A stretch of DNA of 42,727 nucleotides from Octopus bimaculoides. Its lineage: Eukaryota. Positions within the stretch are counted from its first letter, which is position 1. The number at the start of each line of letters is the position of its first letter. The stretch covers positions 58,717,411 through 58,760,137 of the forward strand of contig NC_068993.1 in assembly GCF_001194135.2 (NCBI RefSeq), written 5' to 3'. The notes beneath the pieces are model-generated. The model was not told where the DNA came from and made no database searches. It saw nothing but the letters and a program-made list of their open reading frames with translations. Both the position numbers and the translations under genes were made by a program. Below, one piece after another: positions 11,122 to 26,182 of the stretch.

Positions 11122-11520
11122 TAGGCACAGGCACGGCTGTGTGGTTAAGAAGTTCGCTTTGCAAACATGTAGTTTCGGTTTCAATCCCACTGCACAGCAG
11201 CTTGGGGAACTGTCTTCAGCTATTATAACCCCACGATGACCAATGACTTGTGAGCGAATTTAGGAAGACGGAAAAAGTGAGGAAACCTGTCGAGTATGCG
11301 TGTATATGTCTTCGTGTTCGTGTTTGTCACCCACCACTGCTTCACTGCCGGTGTTGGTTTATTTAACTCCTTGTAAGTCAGTGACTAACCAACAGAGACC
11401 GAGAGATAAGAGCCAGGTTTAAAAGATGTAATGAGAACGATTTGTTAGACAAAACTCTTCAAGGCGATGCCTCAGCATCGCCGCAGTCCAATGACTGAAA
11501 GAAGTAAAAGATAAAATAAA
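11122..11520 (+). mobile_element. Near full-length SINE, family B
   Basis: tRNA-like head GGCTGTGTGGTTAAGAAGTTCGCTTTGCAAAC..GGTTTCAATCCC (A/B boxes), body and A-rich tail. Confidence 0.8.
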
Positions 11521-11820
11521 ATAAAGATTCATCGCTCCAGAACCTGTTCGGAATTAATATTACGGACGCAAGAAATGTTTTAGTTCTTTTCTTCATCTTC
11601 TGTCGTCTCTCCGACAATAACTTTTTGAAATACAAAATTTATAAGTCGAAACCTCAAAGAATTTAAAATTCCATCATAACTTTTTTTAACGTTCTTGCTC
11701 ACTTCCGTTGTTTACAGCCACTTTGCGCTGGCCTCTGACCAGTTGTTCCCGAACTTGTTTAGGCTCTCGCTTCCTTCGCACCCAGGAAGTACTCATATAT
11801 ATTGTGTACTCATATATTGA

Positions 11821-12182
11821 GTGAAGGCGCGTGGCTTAGTGAAGGCGCGTGGCTTAGTGAAGTGAGGGCGCGTGGCTTAGTGGTAAGGGCATTCGGCTCA
11901 TGATCGTAAGGTCGTGAGTTCAATTCCCGGCGCAGCGTTGTGTCCTTGAGCAAGACACTTTATTTCACGTTGCTCCAGTCCCCTCAGCTGGTAAAAATGA
12001 GTAGTACCTGTAATTCAAAGGGTCGGCCTTGTCACGCTATGTGTCATGCTGAGTCTCCCTGCGAACTACGTTAGGGGTACACGTGTCTGTGGATTGCTCA
12101 GTCACTTGCACGTTAATTTCACGAGCAGGCTGTTCCGTTGATTGGATCAACTGGAACCCTCGACCTCGTAAGCGACGGAGTG
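11821..12182 (+). mobile_element. Full-length tRNA-derived SINE, family C, with triplicated 18-bp head
   Basis: A-box TGGCTTAGTGG, B-box GAGTTCAATTCC, then GTGTCCTTGAGCAAGACACTT (V-SINE-like motif). Confidence 0.8.
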
Positions 12183-12529
12183 CTCCTAAATATATATACA
12201 TATATATAGGTAGAGAGACAGATATACAGGCAGACGGACGGACAGACAGACGGTCGGATGGATAAATAGAGAGCGATAATGAGAAAAAGATTAAAAGAAG
12301 AATGATTAAAACAAAGATAAAAAGAAAGTTGAAAGAAAGAAAGAAAGAAAGAAAGAAAGAATGAAAGAAAGAATGAAAGAAAGAAAGAAAGACATGGAGA
12401 GGGAGGGAGGAAGAGAGAAACAGAAAGAGGGGGAGGTGAGAGATAAAATAAAGTGAAAATGAATATTAAATTTGATTGATCCTGTGTGATACAAAATCAT
12501 TCATTTAGTCATATGACTTCTAACATCAA

Positions 12530-13185
12530 TGACATTGTGTGCCTCCGTGTATTTGTGTGTCTGCATGTGTGTGTCTGCATGTGTGTGTATGTGTGTGTCT
12601 GAAAGTGTGTATGTTTGCGTGCGCGCGAGTGTGTGTGTGTCTTTGTATGTGAATGCTTCGTTTTATGTGCATCTGTTTGCAAACGTATCTGTGTATAAAT
12701 GTTTGAGCGTACCTGTCTTTCCTTTTGTGTGTATGTTTGTGTTTGTTTGTATTTATGTGTGGTGTGTGTGTGTGTGTGTGTGTGTGTGTCTGTGTGTGTG
12801 TGTGTGTGTGAGTGTGAGTGTATTTAAGCCACATTTGTGTGTGTATGTGTGTGTTTGTACGCGCGCACGCATATGTGTGTATATATGTGTTTATGGGCAT
12901 CTGAGCTTGTGTTTGTGTGGCTGTGTGTGCTTATGTGTATTCGTGAGCCTCTATGCTTGTGTATATGTGTGTTTCTGCTTCTGCTGTGATTGTGTTTATG
13001 TGTATGTGTGTGCGTGCGTATGCATGCGTGTATATGTGTGTGTGTGTGTGTGTCTGCATCTCTGTTTGCATTTGTGTTTGCGTGCGCATATATCTATGAA
13101 TGCGTATTTGTGAGCGAGTGCATATGTGTGTATGTGTTCGTGTACATTTGTGTGTGTGTGTGTGTATGTGTGTGTCTGTCCACTA
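12530..13185. repeat. Long degenerate (TG)n/(TGTA)n tract
   Basis: Direct reading. Confidence 0.9.
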
Positions 13186-13296
13186 TACCGCACTAGTAAA
13201 ATGTTGTAAAAATTAGCCAAAATAAAGAATCCTACAAGAAAGGATTTTAAAAAATATGAATAATTTAATCTATTAAAACTAGTAGTGAGAAAAAAA

Positions 13297-13386
13297 TTTA
13301 CTAAACCAAAATTACTATGAAAAAAGTTTGCTTAGCAAAAAGCTACCATGAAAAACATTACTAAACAAAAATTGCTATGAAAAAAG
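13297..13386. repeat. Three tandem 30-bp units (TTTACTAAACCAAAATTACTATGAAAAAAG-like)
   Basis: Units at 13297-13326, 13327-13356 and 13357-13386. Confidence 0.75.
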
Positions 13387-13762
13387 CTACTTTTTAAACC
13401 TACTGTCTAAAACATAGTATGTAAAACTATGTACAACGAGTTTTGTAAAAGAGAATCTAATGTAATTATGTAATGTCAATGAGTTCAGTAAAAATCCAAA
13501 GACAGTCATAATTGCAGTCGTTTAAAACTCCGTCGTAATCGTTGTAATGGCCGCAGTCATTAACGCGCTTCTCTGTCATGTTAATTTTCTGTATATTTGC
13601 ATATACTTATACTCTCTCTATATATATCTATCCCTCTCTCTGTCTATCTAGCTAGCTAGCTAGCTGCTAGCTATTTCTCGCTCTCTCTCTCTTCCTCGTC
13701 TATCTCTCTGGCTATATCTCTCTCTGTCTTCCACCCTCCCTTTCTTTCTCTCTCTCTCTCTC

Positions 13763-13797
<35 letters not shown>

Positions 13798-14210
13798 NNN
13801 NNNNNNNNNNNNNNNNNNNNNNNNNNNNNNNNNNNNNNNNNNNNNNNNNNNNNNNNNNNNNNNNNNNNNNNNNNNNNNNNNNNNNNNNNNNNNNNNNNNN
13901 NNNNNNNNNNNNNNNNNNNNNNNNNNNNNNNNNNNNNNNNNNNNNNNNNNNNNNNNNNNNNNNNNNNNNNNNNNNNNNNNNNNNNNNNNNNNNNNNNNNN
14001 NNNNNNNNNNNNNNNNNNNNNNNNNNNNNNNNNNNNNNNNNNNNNNNNNNNNNNNNNNNNNNNNNNNNNNNNNNNNNNNNNNNNNNNNNNNNNNNNNNNN
14101 NNNNNNNNNNNNNNNNNNNNNNNNNNNNNNNNNNNNNNNNNNNNNNNNNNNNNNNNNNNNNNNNNNNNNNNNNNNNNNNTATATATATATATATATATAC
14201 ACATACACAG

Positions 14211-14250
<40 letters not shown>

Positions 14251-14467
14251 TTAATACAGAGGAAATGAAATTTTATCATGGTATACTAAGTGTGATTGTT
14301 TATAAACCATTTATATATATATATAGATATATACATACATACATACATGCATGCATACATACATGCATACATACATACATCTCTCGGTCTCTGTAAGGAT
14401 CTACGGATCTCTCTACTTGCCGCATTATCCTTTCTCTTCTCTCTCTCTTCCTCTCACTTTCTCCTTC

Positions 14468-14514
<47 letters not shown>

Positions 14515-14984
14515 TTCCCTCCGTTTCAACGCTCTTCATTGTCTCTTTTTATCTCCATTTCGTCTCAGTTACTCTATGACTTTCTCCATTTTGTTAGTTT
14601 ATTTTTCGAGTCTTTCATTTTCATTGCCTTCCATCTTTTTTTCTACTTCAGTTTCCGTCTCTTGATTTTAAATTGTTTTGAATCGTTCTGGAAAGGATTT
14701 TGTCGTTGTTATTGTTGTCGTTGATGGCTGTTTTCTTTTTTTTTTTTATTATTTATATTGCTTTTGCTATTGTTGATATGTTTCTTGTTGATTTTGATCT
14801 TGTTGTTGCATTTGATATCGTGATTGTTAACGCTTTTGTTTATTTGTTTTTTGTTTGGCATCGTTTCATACGACGTTTTTGTGATTTTTACAGATCCTTT
14901 TCATTTTTACCGTCAGACTCACAAAATTTCCACAATGGTCTAAATATACCCACAGAATCTCTAAATTGTACAATAATAATAATG

Positions 14985-15047
<63 letters not shown>

Positions 15048-15174
15048 GTTTCCAAACTGGATGCTAGGTCAATTGTTTTAAAGGAAAGGTATTAGCCAAT
15101 TGACTGGAACCTAGTACTTGAATGGTATTCTATTTTACCAAATATATAAAACTACCAAAACGACACACACACAC

Positions 15175-15360
15175 ATATCGCTTGGCAACAATTATTGGTG
15201 TGTTTGCGTCCCCGTAACTTAGCGGTTCGGTCAATGAGCCCGATGAATAAGTACTAGGCTTACAGAGAATAAGCTCTGGGGTCGATTTGGCTGACAAAGG
15301 TGGTGCTCCAGCATGGCTGCAGTCAAATCCTCGAAACGAATAAAAGAATAAAAGAGAATA
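15175..15360 (+). mobile_element. SINE family B, 3' half
   Basis: GTCCCCGTAACTTAGCGGTTCGG..GGTGCTCCAGCATGGCTGCAGTCAAA. Confidence 0.8.
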
Positions 15361-16249
15361 TACATACATACACTTACACATGCAAAATTATTTGCGTGTG
15401 TATGTGTGTGTGTGTCTGTGTGTCTGTGTCTGTGTCTGTGTGTGTGTAGTAAAACTACTTTGTCAAACTATGTTAAACTGTGTGAAGTCTGCAAAACTGA
15501 AACTAATTCTGATCCCTCGAATTAATATATAAAACAGTAACAGATCGTCAGAAAAGAAAACGCCATGAAATAAATATATAATAACGTCCCCTTACTGCCT
15601 GATTTCCTGTCTCATCGAGGTCGACTTTGTTTCACAGTCCTCTGGGGTCGGGGTTATAAAAAGTACTTATATATAGTTAAGTGAACTCCCAAAACTATTT
15701 TAAATTATTTAAAATTGCACTATTGCATTTTTTTGCTTCGTCAGGAATTAATCATTAAAACTAACAATTTATATATATTTTTTTTATTTTTCACTAATTA
15801 GTTAATTAAACATTTTCAGCTTACCATATTAAATATGTTAGTCCGCACTTAACTCTGTTTCCCATGAGGAAGACGTTCTTGGGTAATAATTTCCCCAAGC
15901 CAATCCTTCGATATGAAGATCCAACGGAACCGTGAAACATATGAGATTGGCATGATCGCTTTAATCATCAACTGGACGCCATCACACCATCGCCAATCTT
16001 GTGTGAGCTTTTTGGTTCCTGAGGCTTAAACAGTTATAGATTATTATTATTATTATTATTTCTGTTGTTATTGTTGTTAGTCACTAATATTCAACATCCT
16101 GTTTGTGGAAAGAGTCGATGATGACTAACTCAACCCCACCTACATCGTACAATAAATTTAAGGTATTGGCGTTTAATCTGTGCATACACCATAGCCAAAA
16201 GCAAGCAGGTCTCGGGTACTTTATTATTATAGAAGAATTAAACTAATAC

Positions 16250-17565
<1,316 letters not shown>

Positions 17566-17888
17566 TTGTGCGTACAATTGTTTTCGATGGGTCACTTTAC
17601 CGGTTGGGCAAATAGACATTGATTAAAGAATAAAAGAAGAAAAGAATATATATACATAACTTAAAGAGTAATGTACTGAATGCCGTAGGCCATAAATACT
17701 TAGTCTATTGAAATTTCTTTCTGTGTTGTACAAAGAAAACAAAACCCTACCGGTAATTGTAAGCAAATCTCAAAGGAAAGGGCGATAATTTGAAGGCACA
17801 AAGAGTCGATTTCTAAAGCTAATTTACATGCTTAGAAAAGAAATGGTCTGATTTCCCCTTCATGTGCATACATACATACATACATACA

Positions 17889-17919
<31 letters not shown>

Positions 17920-18139
17920 GGATGTGCATATGTGTGTGTATAGATGTGTTTTATAATTTTCTTCTTTAATGTTACAGAAATATATGCATACTGTATATAA
18001 TAGCGCAAGTATATATTTATATTGTCATGCAATAAATGGAAAAAAATCGTCAATATTCTCAAGTGGCAATATTCGACACAAAATTGACGGTAACAATCTA
18101 GCCAGTTATAAGCCATAGCTAGTTAAGTATTGCTTGACA

Positions 18140-18199
<60 letters not shown>

Positions 18200-19302
18200 A
18201 GGCAGATAGACAGAAAGACGATAGATAGACTGGCAAACAGACAAACAGGCTGACAGATAGACGAATGGACGGATAGATGGATGGATACATACATACATAC
18301 ATACATACATACTTGCATACATACATACATACATACATACACAATCTTCTCTTCATGAGAGGATCCGGACTTATTGTAACATCTCCATGTAACTAGTTAC
18401 TTGTTACTTACCCATCATTGTCTTTGCATATTCCATCGGCAAGGTATATGATTTTCTTCGTAACTCTGAGCTTTCTGAAACAGCTGTCGAGTTAAGAAAT
18501 TACCTATTTTCTTCATGTGTGTGTGTGTGTGTGTGTGTCTGTGTGTTTATATATATATGTCATGCCTAATTACGTTTACGAGCATTATTACGTCCATTTT
18601 AGCTCGTTTGGGATGCTTTTAATCGCCACTCTTAACGTGATAGGCCTTGCTCTAGATGAAGAATTTGAGCACTACTATTTGTTTTTGAGCATATCTAGCT
18701 CTTACCTTTAAATCTCTCTACCCTCTTTCTCTCTCCTTCTTTCACTGTCTCTCTCTTTCTCATACATATAAGTAGACATACATACACACACACACACGCA
18801 CACACTCATATGCATATAAATATATATATATATATTTATATGCATGTGTGTGTGCGTGTATGTGTATATGTATATATATACAGATATATATATATATATG
18901 TTTATAATAAGGGCTTCTCTGTGTTTCTGTCAATGTATCTCTCTCTTTCTCTCTCTTCCTCTCTCTCTCTCATCTCTTTATATATATATATACCTACATA
19001 CATTCACATACACATGTAAGTGAATGGATAAATACGTTGTGCAAGTATAAGTGTATAGGTCTCTTATATGAACTATTTGTATGCATGTGTATACATGTAT
19101 GTTTGTGCGCAAAAGTGTGCATAAGCGTATGAAGTTATTTATAGGTCGAACACCCGCTCCCCCACCTCACAACCCGCGACCAAATAATTGCTTATTACGC
19201 GGAATGTCAACATCTTTCCCTCTGTTGCTCCGTCCTTGTTCAAAACTAAATGATGTGGTCGATGTTACAATGTTCACACCCAATTTAGCAATGTTATGAA
19301 AA

Positions 19303-19344
<42 letters not shown>

Positions 19345-19689
19345 TGCTCCCACCACCACCACCGCATCTCCACGACTGCAGCCCGTCCCTACCACCACCA
19401 CCACAACACACCGCTACCAACTTCATCACCTCTACCGGCACCACCAGGAGGCCATTTACGAACTCCATGCCTACCACGACCACCATGCCTAGCGCGACCG
19501 TTATCACCGCCGCTATCGACGGGTACCAGCGTCGCAACCACACCACCGTCACCGCAAACTACAGCAGCAGCAGCACCACCACCACCACTACTACTACTAC
19601 TGCTGCTGCTGTTCTAATTAGTGAGATGCTACAGGACAAAATGAGACAAAATATATTATGATTAACAAATGGAGAGATGCCTATCTATG

Positions 19690-20095
19690 TATCTATTCCC
19701 CCCGCACTCTGTCTACATATATATATTTGTGTGTGTATATATGTGTGAGTGTGTGTATGTGTGTGTGTGTGCGTGTGCGTGTGTTTATCAGTCTGTTGAG
19801 CTGTCTATCCCGCTATTTATCTGTCTTTCTTTCTCTCTTTCTTTTCCCTCTCTCTAACTCTCTCTTTCTAACTGTCTCTCTAACTCTTTCTCTCTAAATC
19901 TCTCTCTAACTCTCTCTCTATCTCTATCTCTCTTATTCTCTCTCTAACTCTCTCTCTCTCCCTCTCTCCTTAACTCTCTCTCTCTCTCTAACTCTCTCCC
20001 TCTCTCCCTCTCTCTCTCTCTCTCTAACTCTCTCCCTCTAACTCTCTCTCTCTAACTCCCTCTCCCTAACTCTCTCTCTTTCTCTCTCACTCTCT

Positions 20096-20133
<38 letters not shown>

Positions 20134-20160
20134 TACATCTCTCTCTTATCTACATCTGTT
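19690..20160. repeat. (TG)n followed by a CT-rich tract with recurring CTAACT units
   Basis: Direct reading. Confidence 0.85.
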
Positions 20161-20236
20161 CGCTCTCACCTTCTCTGTTTCACTATCTCTGCTATTTGAT
20201 TCTCTATCGTCCTCCTTTTTCTCTCTTTCATATTAC

Positions 20237-20276
<40 letters not shown>

Positions 20277-20805
20277 ATATATGTATGCATGCATATATGT
20301 ATACATGAATATAACGATTATATATACAAACACATATCTATACGCATATATACACACATATATATATATATTTCCTCCTCTCTTTACCTAGTCTTGTCTT
20401 TCTAGCACGTCTCTCTTGCTCTCTTCGTTTCACATTCTCTCCCAGTCTTTCTCTTTATATATATATCTCTCTCCTTCCCCCCCTCTCTCTCTCTCTCTCT
20501 TCCTCTCCCTTTCTCTCTGCCTCTCTCTTTCTTTCTCTCTCCCTCTATTTCTCTCCATTTACAAAGTGAAAATTTACCTGCGCGTGTTTGCGAGTATACG
20601 GAACGTGTGTATTTGCATGTGCTTGTGTTCACGTATTTATACAGGTATGCGTGTTTATTTAAATTTAAGCTTCTTCCCTTAAGCGAGTCACTAAGAAAGT
20701 AACAAGACCCTTTGAATTTGTATACATACCTGGATTGGCTGTGTGTGTATTAGCACGTATGTGCGCGCGCGTGAGTGTTTGTGTAGGTATGTGTTTGTAT
20801 GTGTG

Positions 20806-20873
<68 letters not shown>

Positions 20874-20929
20874 CCAAACGTACACTCGAATTGTATATAT
20901 GTGTTCAACCAAAGAATCTCAAATGGAGA

Positions 20930-21590
20930 AAACCCCCCGAGAGGTTTTACAAACTTCACTGCAAATTGATTTGTATTTGAAGAATTCGGATCAGTTTGTG
21001 TTGTTCTTTCTTAAAGAACCCCATCATTTCTAGGTAGGCTTTTATGGAAATCTATTGCTACATTGGCACATGTACACCTATGATAACAAACGAAATTCAA
21101 AATCCTGGATATAAGTCTTCTAAGTTTCTCATTAGTCTTCCATAAACGTTCTTCTGCACAATTTTCGATGAGACATCCGCATCGGCTCAACAGCTGATCT
21201 TTACATCAATACATAATGTATTTGGCTCCTTGTACGGTGGAACATTATCTAGCTTTTGGTGTCTTCACTGGGTTGCTGTTTTCAATAGAATATTCGATTT
21301 GTATTCTTTGTTGTTGAATGTAAGGAAATATTCTGGCTGTGCTGTGCAATTAGTACGGTCTCAAGACAATTCTTCCTGCATAAAGCAGTGTACACGATTT
21401 TACATGTTTCTTCCATATGTGTTTGCATGTAGGTTTCTATGTATGTTCTCTCTTCCTCTAAATTCGTAGTTTATTTTCGAGGGGCCATTTTCCCGGTGGT
21501 AAAGTCGTAAAGAAAGGGAAACTATTATCGCCTTTTGCTTAAGTATTCGTTCTTTGAATCGTAAGAATGTTTTTTGCAAATTTTGACACA
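20930..21590 (-). mobile_element. Decayed RLE non-LTR fragment, copy 8 (same lineage as copy 7)
   Basis: ..KISC*ADADVSSKIVQKNVYGRLMRNLEDLYPGF..FVIIG..KAYLEMMGFFKKEQHKLIRILQIQ..VKFVK; homologous to the copy 7 C-terminus; many disablements. Confidence 0.65.
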
Positions 21591-21668
21591 AGAGTGGCTG
21601 CGTGGTAGGTAGCTTGCTTGCCAGCCACATGGTTCCGTGTTCAGTCCCACTGCATGGCACCTTAGGCA
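21590..21668 (+). mobile_element. SINE family B head only
   Basis: GTGGCTGCGTGGTAGGTAGCTTGCTT..GTGTTCAGTCCCACTGCATGGCACCTTAGGCA. Confidence 0.75.
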
Positions 21669-21830
21669 TGGCACCTGTAAACAGCGGAAGCGAGCTAGAA
21701 CGTTAAGACTTAGTGCACAAGCACAGCAGAGTTCAATACCATTGCGTGGCAAGCGGCTTCACTCTGCGTGCTTTAGCTTCGCTACTATGGCAACATTTCG
21801 CATACTTATTGATCAGACCACGTATATATG

Positions 21831-21872
<42 letters not shown>

Positions 21873-21949
21873 CGGTCATATACAAGCGCGCGCACATCCA
21901 AATGCACTCATATATGTATGAATACATATGTACGTGTGCTTATGTACAC

Positions 21950-21999
<50 letters not shown>

Positions 22000-23230
22000 T
22001 ATTGTAATGAGGCAGCTCAGTTGTTTTTACTTCCTGTCGGCTTTATTCATATGATGTCGACTTTTTTTTTCATTCTTCGCCTTTTTATCACAGTATTGTT
22101 GTCTCTGGTGAGAATATGTAAATTTACTGTCAACATACATTAAGTAGAAAGCATAAAAATGTTCTTAATTAGAAATAATTACACATTAGGGCAATGACTA
22201 ATATTGTCTTAACCGAATTGGGGTAGACAACTCTGGACATGTTTTGTTTCTTAATGAACCTCCTTAGCGAAGCATAAATTTCAATATAATTATCTAAGTA
22301 AACAGTGATTCATTAAATAGATTTACTGTGTTCTACACGAGCAGGCCATGAATTCTTTTAATTGTTATTCACTTTATGGAGCAGAGCCATTCTGGAGCAC
22401 CGTATTTGAGGTTGGATTTTGTTAATCCATCATCGAATTATAGTCTTGTACTTATATCATAGATAGACCTTTATTGAATAGCTAAGTTAGGTTTTAATAG
22501 AAAGAGATGTAACTCATCCCACAGATTTACATCGGTGACCATGAACCTAGACACATACACACGCGCACGAGCACACACACAGTGCAAAAATGATTAAAAA
22601 AAAGAAGACGAAGTAAAAACAAATTGAGTGTATTACGCTTACGTCCAGGAAGAATAGAATTCAAAAGTCTTCAACGTTTCGAGCATACGCTCTTCTGCAG
22701 AAAGAATAGACGAAGAGAGAAAGAAGAGGAGAGACAAAAGAACAAACGTGTCTGAATTGGACAGTTACCACATGCTGAAATGACCAGAAGTAGGAAGAGG
22801 TCGCTAGAGGCGTGTGCAATAAGGGAAAACTATAGGGTGTGACTTGAGGTGTGAGTGACAAAGAGGACAACTAAGAACATGGCTGAGCACGCGCGTGCCA
22901 GTATGAAACTAATGTGTGTGCATACTGTGTGTGTTAGTGCGTGTGTGTACGTGTGTGTAAAACATGCAAATCTACATCCGAGACCGTCGAGACGAAATAG
23001 TTCTTTCGGCTTTTGTAGGTCGAGCAAATATTTTGAGTAGAATGCATGCTTCAAGACCAATCGATTGTCGGTTCAAAGTGTGAAGCGTTCAAGGTGATTA
23101 ATCCCTGGCAAGATTGCCAGGGAATGTAGGACAAGTTAGTGAACTCATTCATGGTAGACATTACCAAGCAATACTTCAGGTCTTTACTGTGAATGGAATT
23201 ACATATGGAGCCTAGTGGTAGATTTTCCCG

Positions 23231-23447
23231 AATCTTTTATACTCTAGGCACAAGGCCCGAAATTTGGGGGGAGGCGCCAGTCGATTAGATCGGCCCCAGT
23301 GCGCGGCTGGTTCTTAATTTATCGACCTCCGAATGGATGAAAGGCAAAGTCGACCTCGGTGGAATTTGAACTCAGAACGTAACGGCAGACGAAATACCGC
23401 TAAGCATTTCGCCCGGCGTGCTAACCACTCTGCCAGCTCACCGCCTT
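23231..23447 (-). mobile_element. Full-length SINE, family A
   Basis: Close match to the family A copies at 38722-38892 and 39893-40098. Confidence 0.9.
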
Positions 23448-24199
23448 GCTATTGTAACAATAATGACACCAATAACTGCAACAGTAATAATAACAAAAAC
23501 AAGGACAGCAATAACGACAAGAAAGACAAAACAAAAAAAACATCAATAACGACGACGGTAACAACAACAAGAATAACAGCAAAAATTGAACAGCTGCAAC
23601 AACACCAAACAACAACAAAAATATGAGCCCCCAACAAGAAAATAGCAGCAACAATGCTCTTGAAAGTGGGTGATGCGGCAACCCTGGAAGCGGTGAAAGA
23701 TTTTATATTGATTCTGGAGACAAAGGCAACGGTAAACTGAGTGCAATAGATGGCCCAGTTATATGAATTTTCAAAAGTATTTCCAAAAATTTTAATTAGT
23801 CTAATTTTGAAAAAAATATATATTTCCTAGTTTGATTCTCTGCACAAATCACCTGCAAATATTAATAGTCAAAATGTTTTGACATTCCATGTAATACTAA
23901 TGAAATGACGTGTGTGAAAATAGTCTTTTGATGGTGATCAACCTGTCAACAGAAACGCAGATTTTTTTTTTCTTGTGGTGTATTTAATTTTATTGACTCA
24001 TTGCAAGGGACGTTGTCCCTTAAAGAAAGGCAGCAAGCTGTAGTTAAAAAAATATTTGAGGAATATTGGCCTACAAACATGACAAACATGACAAAAAATG
24101 AAAAGTTTGCAAATATTCTTTTCCCTTTCTGATTGAGTTAATTAATCTTTTATTCGTTTTTACTGATTTCAGTGAAAGCTTTAGCCGCTCGTATAATAA

Positions 24200-24330
24200 G
24201 AGTAATTAGCAGGTTCGTTAGTTCGTCGGTAAAAATTGCTTTGCAATAATTGTTCCGGCTCTCCACCCTCTGAGCTCAAATCCTACTACCGTCATATTTT
24301 GCCCTTCAATTTTCGGTATCGATAAAGGAC
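24200..24330 (+). mobile_element. Old diverged SINE family A fragment
   Basis: GTCGGTAAAAATTGCTTTGCAATA..CTGAGCTCAAATCC..GGTATCGATAAA. Confidence 0.45.
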
Positions 24331-24769
24331 AAGCCCTGTACTTGAGTCATTTTTTTCTTCTTTCTTCTTTCTCTTTCTCTCCTTTTGGGAGTAATCACCC
24401 ATAATCAGATCTGTAAAAGGACGTGCTCGACCGGGTTTGGAATGTCAAAAACACGCCGTATAATACGACGGCTGCTCCTAGATTCCAGCGCCATATTGAT
24501 CCCGATTCGCTTTTTTATTTTTTTTTTTTTAAACTGACCTGGTCAACAGGAATGGCCAATGCCCATAGGTTTCGCACATTCTCGAACATTGGTGAGATCT
24601 ATAGGGTTAATGTTATTTTCCTGTACGACTGCAGGTCGATCTCTACAGGAAATACATTGTGAAGGATTTCTGAAACCGGAATAAGCAAGAGAAAATACCT
24701 GGGTGGGCCAACTTTGTAAGAACACTGGAATTTTGAGGTAATCACAACCATCTAAATACGACTCGTATT

Positions 24770-24845
24770 GTCTTCTATTAGGGGCTCCGGGTCGACCAAA
24801 GCCTTATGAGTAAATTTGGTTGGCGGAAACTGCAGTTCTCACGTC
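24770..24845 (+). mobile_element. SINE family B internal fragment
   Basis: TCTTCTATT..CGGGTCGACCAAAGCCTTATGAGTAAATTTGGTTGGCGGAAACTG. Confidence 0.7.
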
Positions 24846-25132
24846 TATCTTTCTATCTATCTATCTAACCGTATATATATATATATATATATATATATNN
24901 NNNNNNNNNNNNNNNNNNNNNNNNNNNNNNNNNNNNNNNNNNNNNNNNNNNNNNNNNNNNNNNNNNNNNNNNNNNNNNNNNNNNNNNNNNNNNNNNNNNN
25001 NNNNNNNNNNNNNNNNNNNNNNNNNNNNNNNNNNNNNNNNNNNNNNNNNNNNNNNNNNNNNNNNNNTAACACTATCCGTATCACGTCCTCACTTTGTTGT
25101 TTTTTTGTTATTGTTTTTTGTGTTTTTTTGAA

Positions 25133-25171
<39 letters not shown>

Positions 25172-25317
25172 ATTGATTGATTGATTGATTGATTGAGGAG
25201 ATAATTATAATCTTAGCAATCGCACATCATGTAGAATCGTAGTTAAAGTAGTATTTCAATAATCGAAGAAAGATCGATGAGATTCCAACTAATACAAGGG
25301 GGGCAAGCACACAAACG

Positions 25318-25413
<96 letters not shown>

Positions 25414-25444
25414 TGTGGTTATGTGTGTATGCATTCTTGTGCAT

Positions 25445-25610
25445 TGGGTTCATTTGCCTCCCGCTACTGCTTAACTTAGTGGCTTGGCAATAAAGAGCCG
25501 ATACGCTAAGCACCAGGCTTAGAAACCAACTCGGTTTGCTCAACCAAAATCGTCATGGCGGTACACCTATCATTGGTCGCAGTCCAATGACTGAAACCAG
25601 CAAAACAAAA
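25445..25610 (+). mobile_element. Diverged SINE family B 3' half
   Basis: AACTTAGTGGCTTGGCAATAAAGAGCCGAT..GGTCGCAGTCCAATGACTGAAAC. Confidence 0.7.
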
Positions 25611-26182
25611 ATTAAAAAATAAACGAAGAGACTGAAATCACAACACTAATAACGAAAATGATGGGTGTCCACTATTTATATCGTGGACCACTACTATGTC
25701 TACTATGTCTAATCAAATGTTTTAACTCGTGAGACTTTTTCAAAAACGTATGCTCAGATAAATTCGTCTGGAATTGCTATTCCAAAACACCCGCAATTTT
25801 ACAGTTTTACAGTTTTATAGCGGGAGAGACTACCAAACTAATCCGTGCTTCATATTTGTGTACAATGATTGATTGCTCTAATGATCGGATTTAGTTCCTC
25901 AGTCTCTATTACGAGCGCAATTGATACAGAAAAATTCCACACAAGTTCATGACGGCGTTTTATTTATTTGGCTTTTTTTGTTTGTTTGTTTTTTTTCGCT
26001 TTTTAGGTTGTTTTTTTTTCGTCCTTTGAATTCAGATTCCCTATTAACTTTCCCAATGATGTTTTTCTTTTCTTTTTTTCCTTTTTTTTTTTTTTTTTTT
26101 TTTTTTTGGTCTTCTCTATCCATCCAGATATGTCTTCTTTTAACATTAAATTACTGATATATTCACAGTGTTTCGTTTCCTC

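Noticed and set aside
19296-19661. 121-aa Pro/Thr-rich ORF
   Set aside because: Built from ACC/CAG/ACT trinucleotide decay and starts in a (CA)n run; no domain or convincing splice context.
23102-23123. GC-rich hairpin TCCCTGGCAA-GA-TTGCCAGGGA as a Helitron 3' end
   Set aside because: No CTRR terminus at the expected distance and no other Helitron features.
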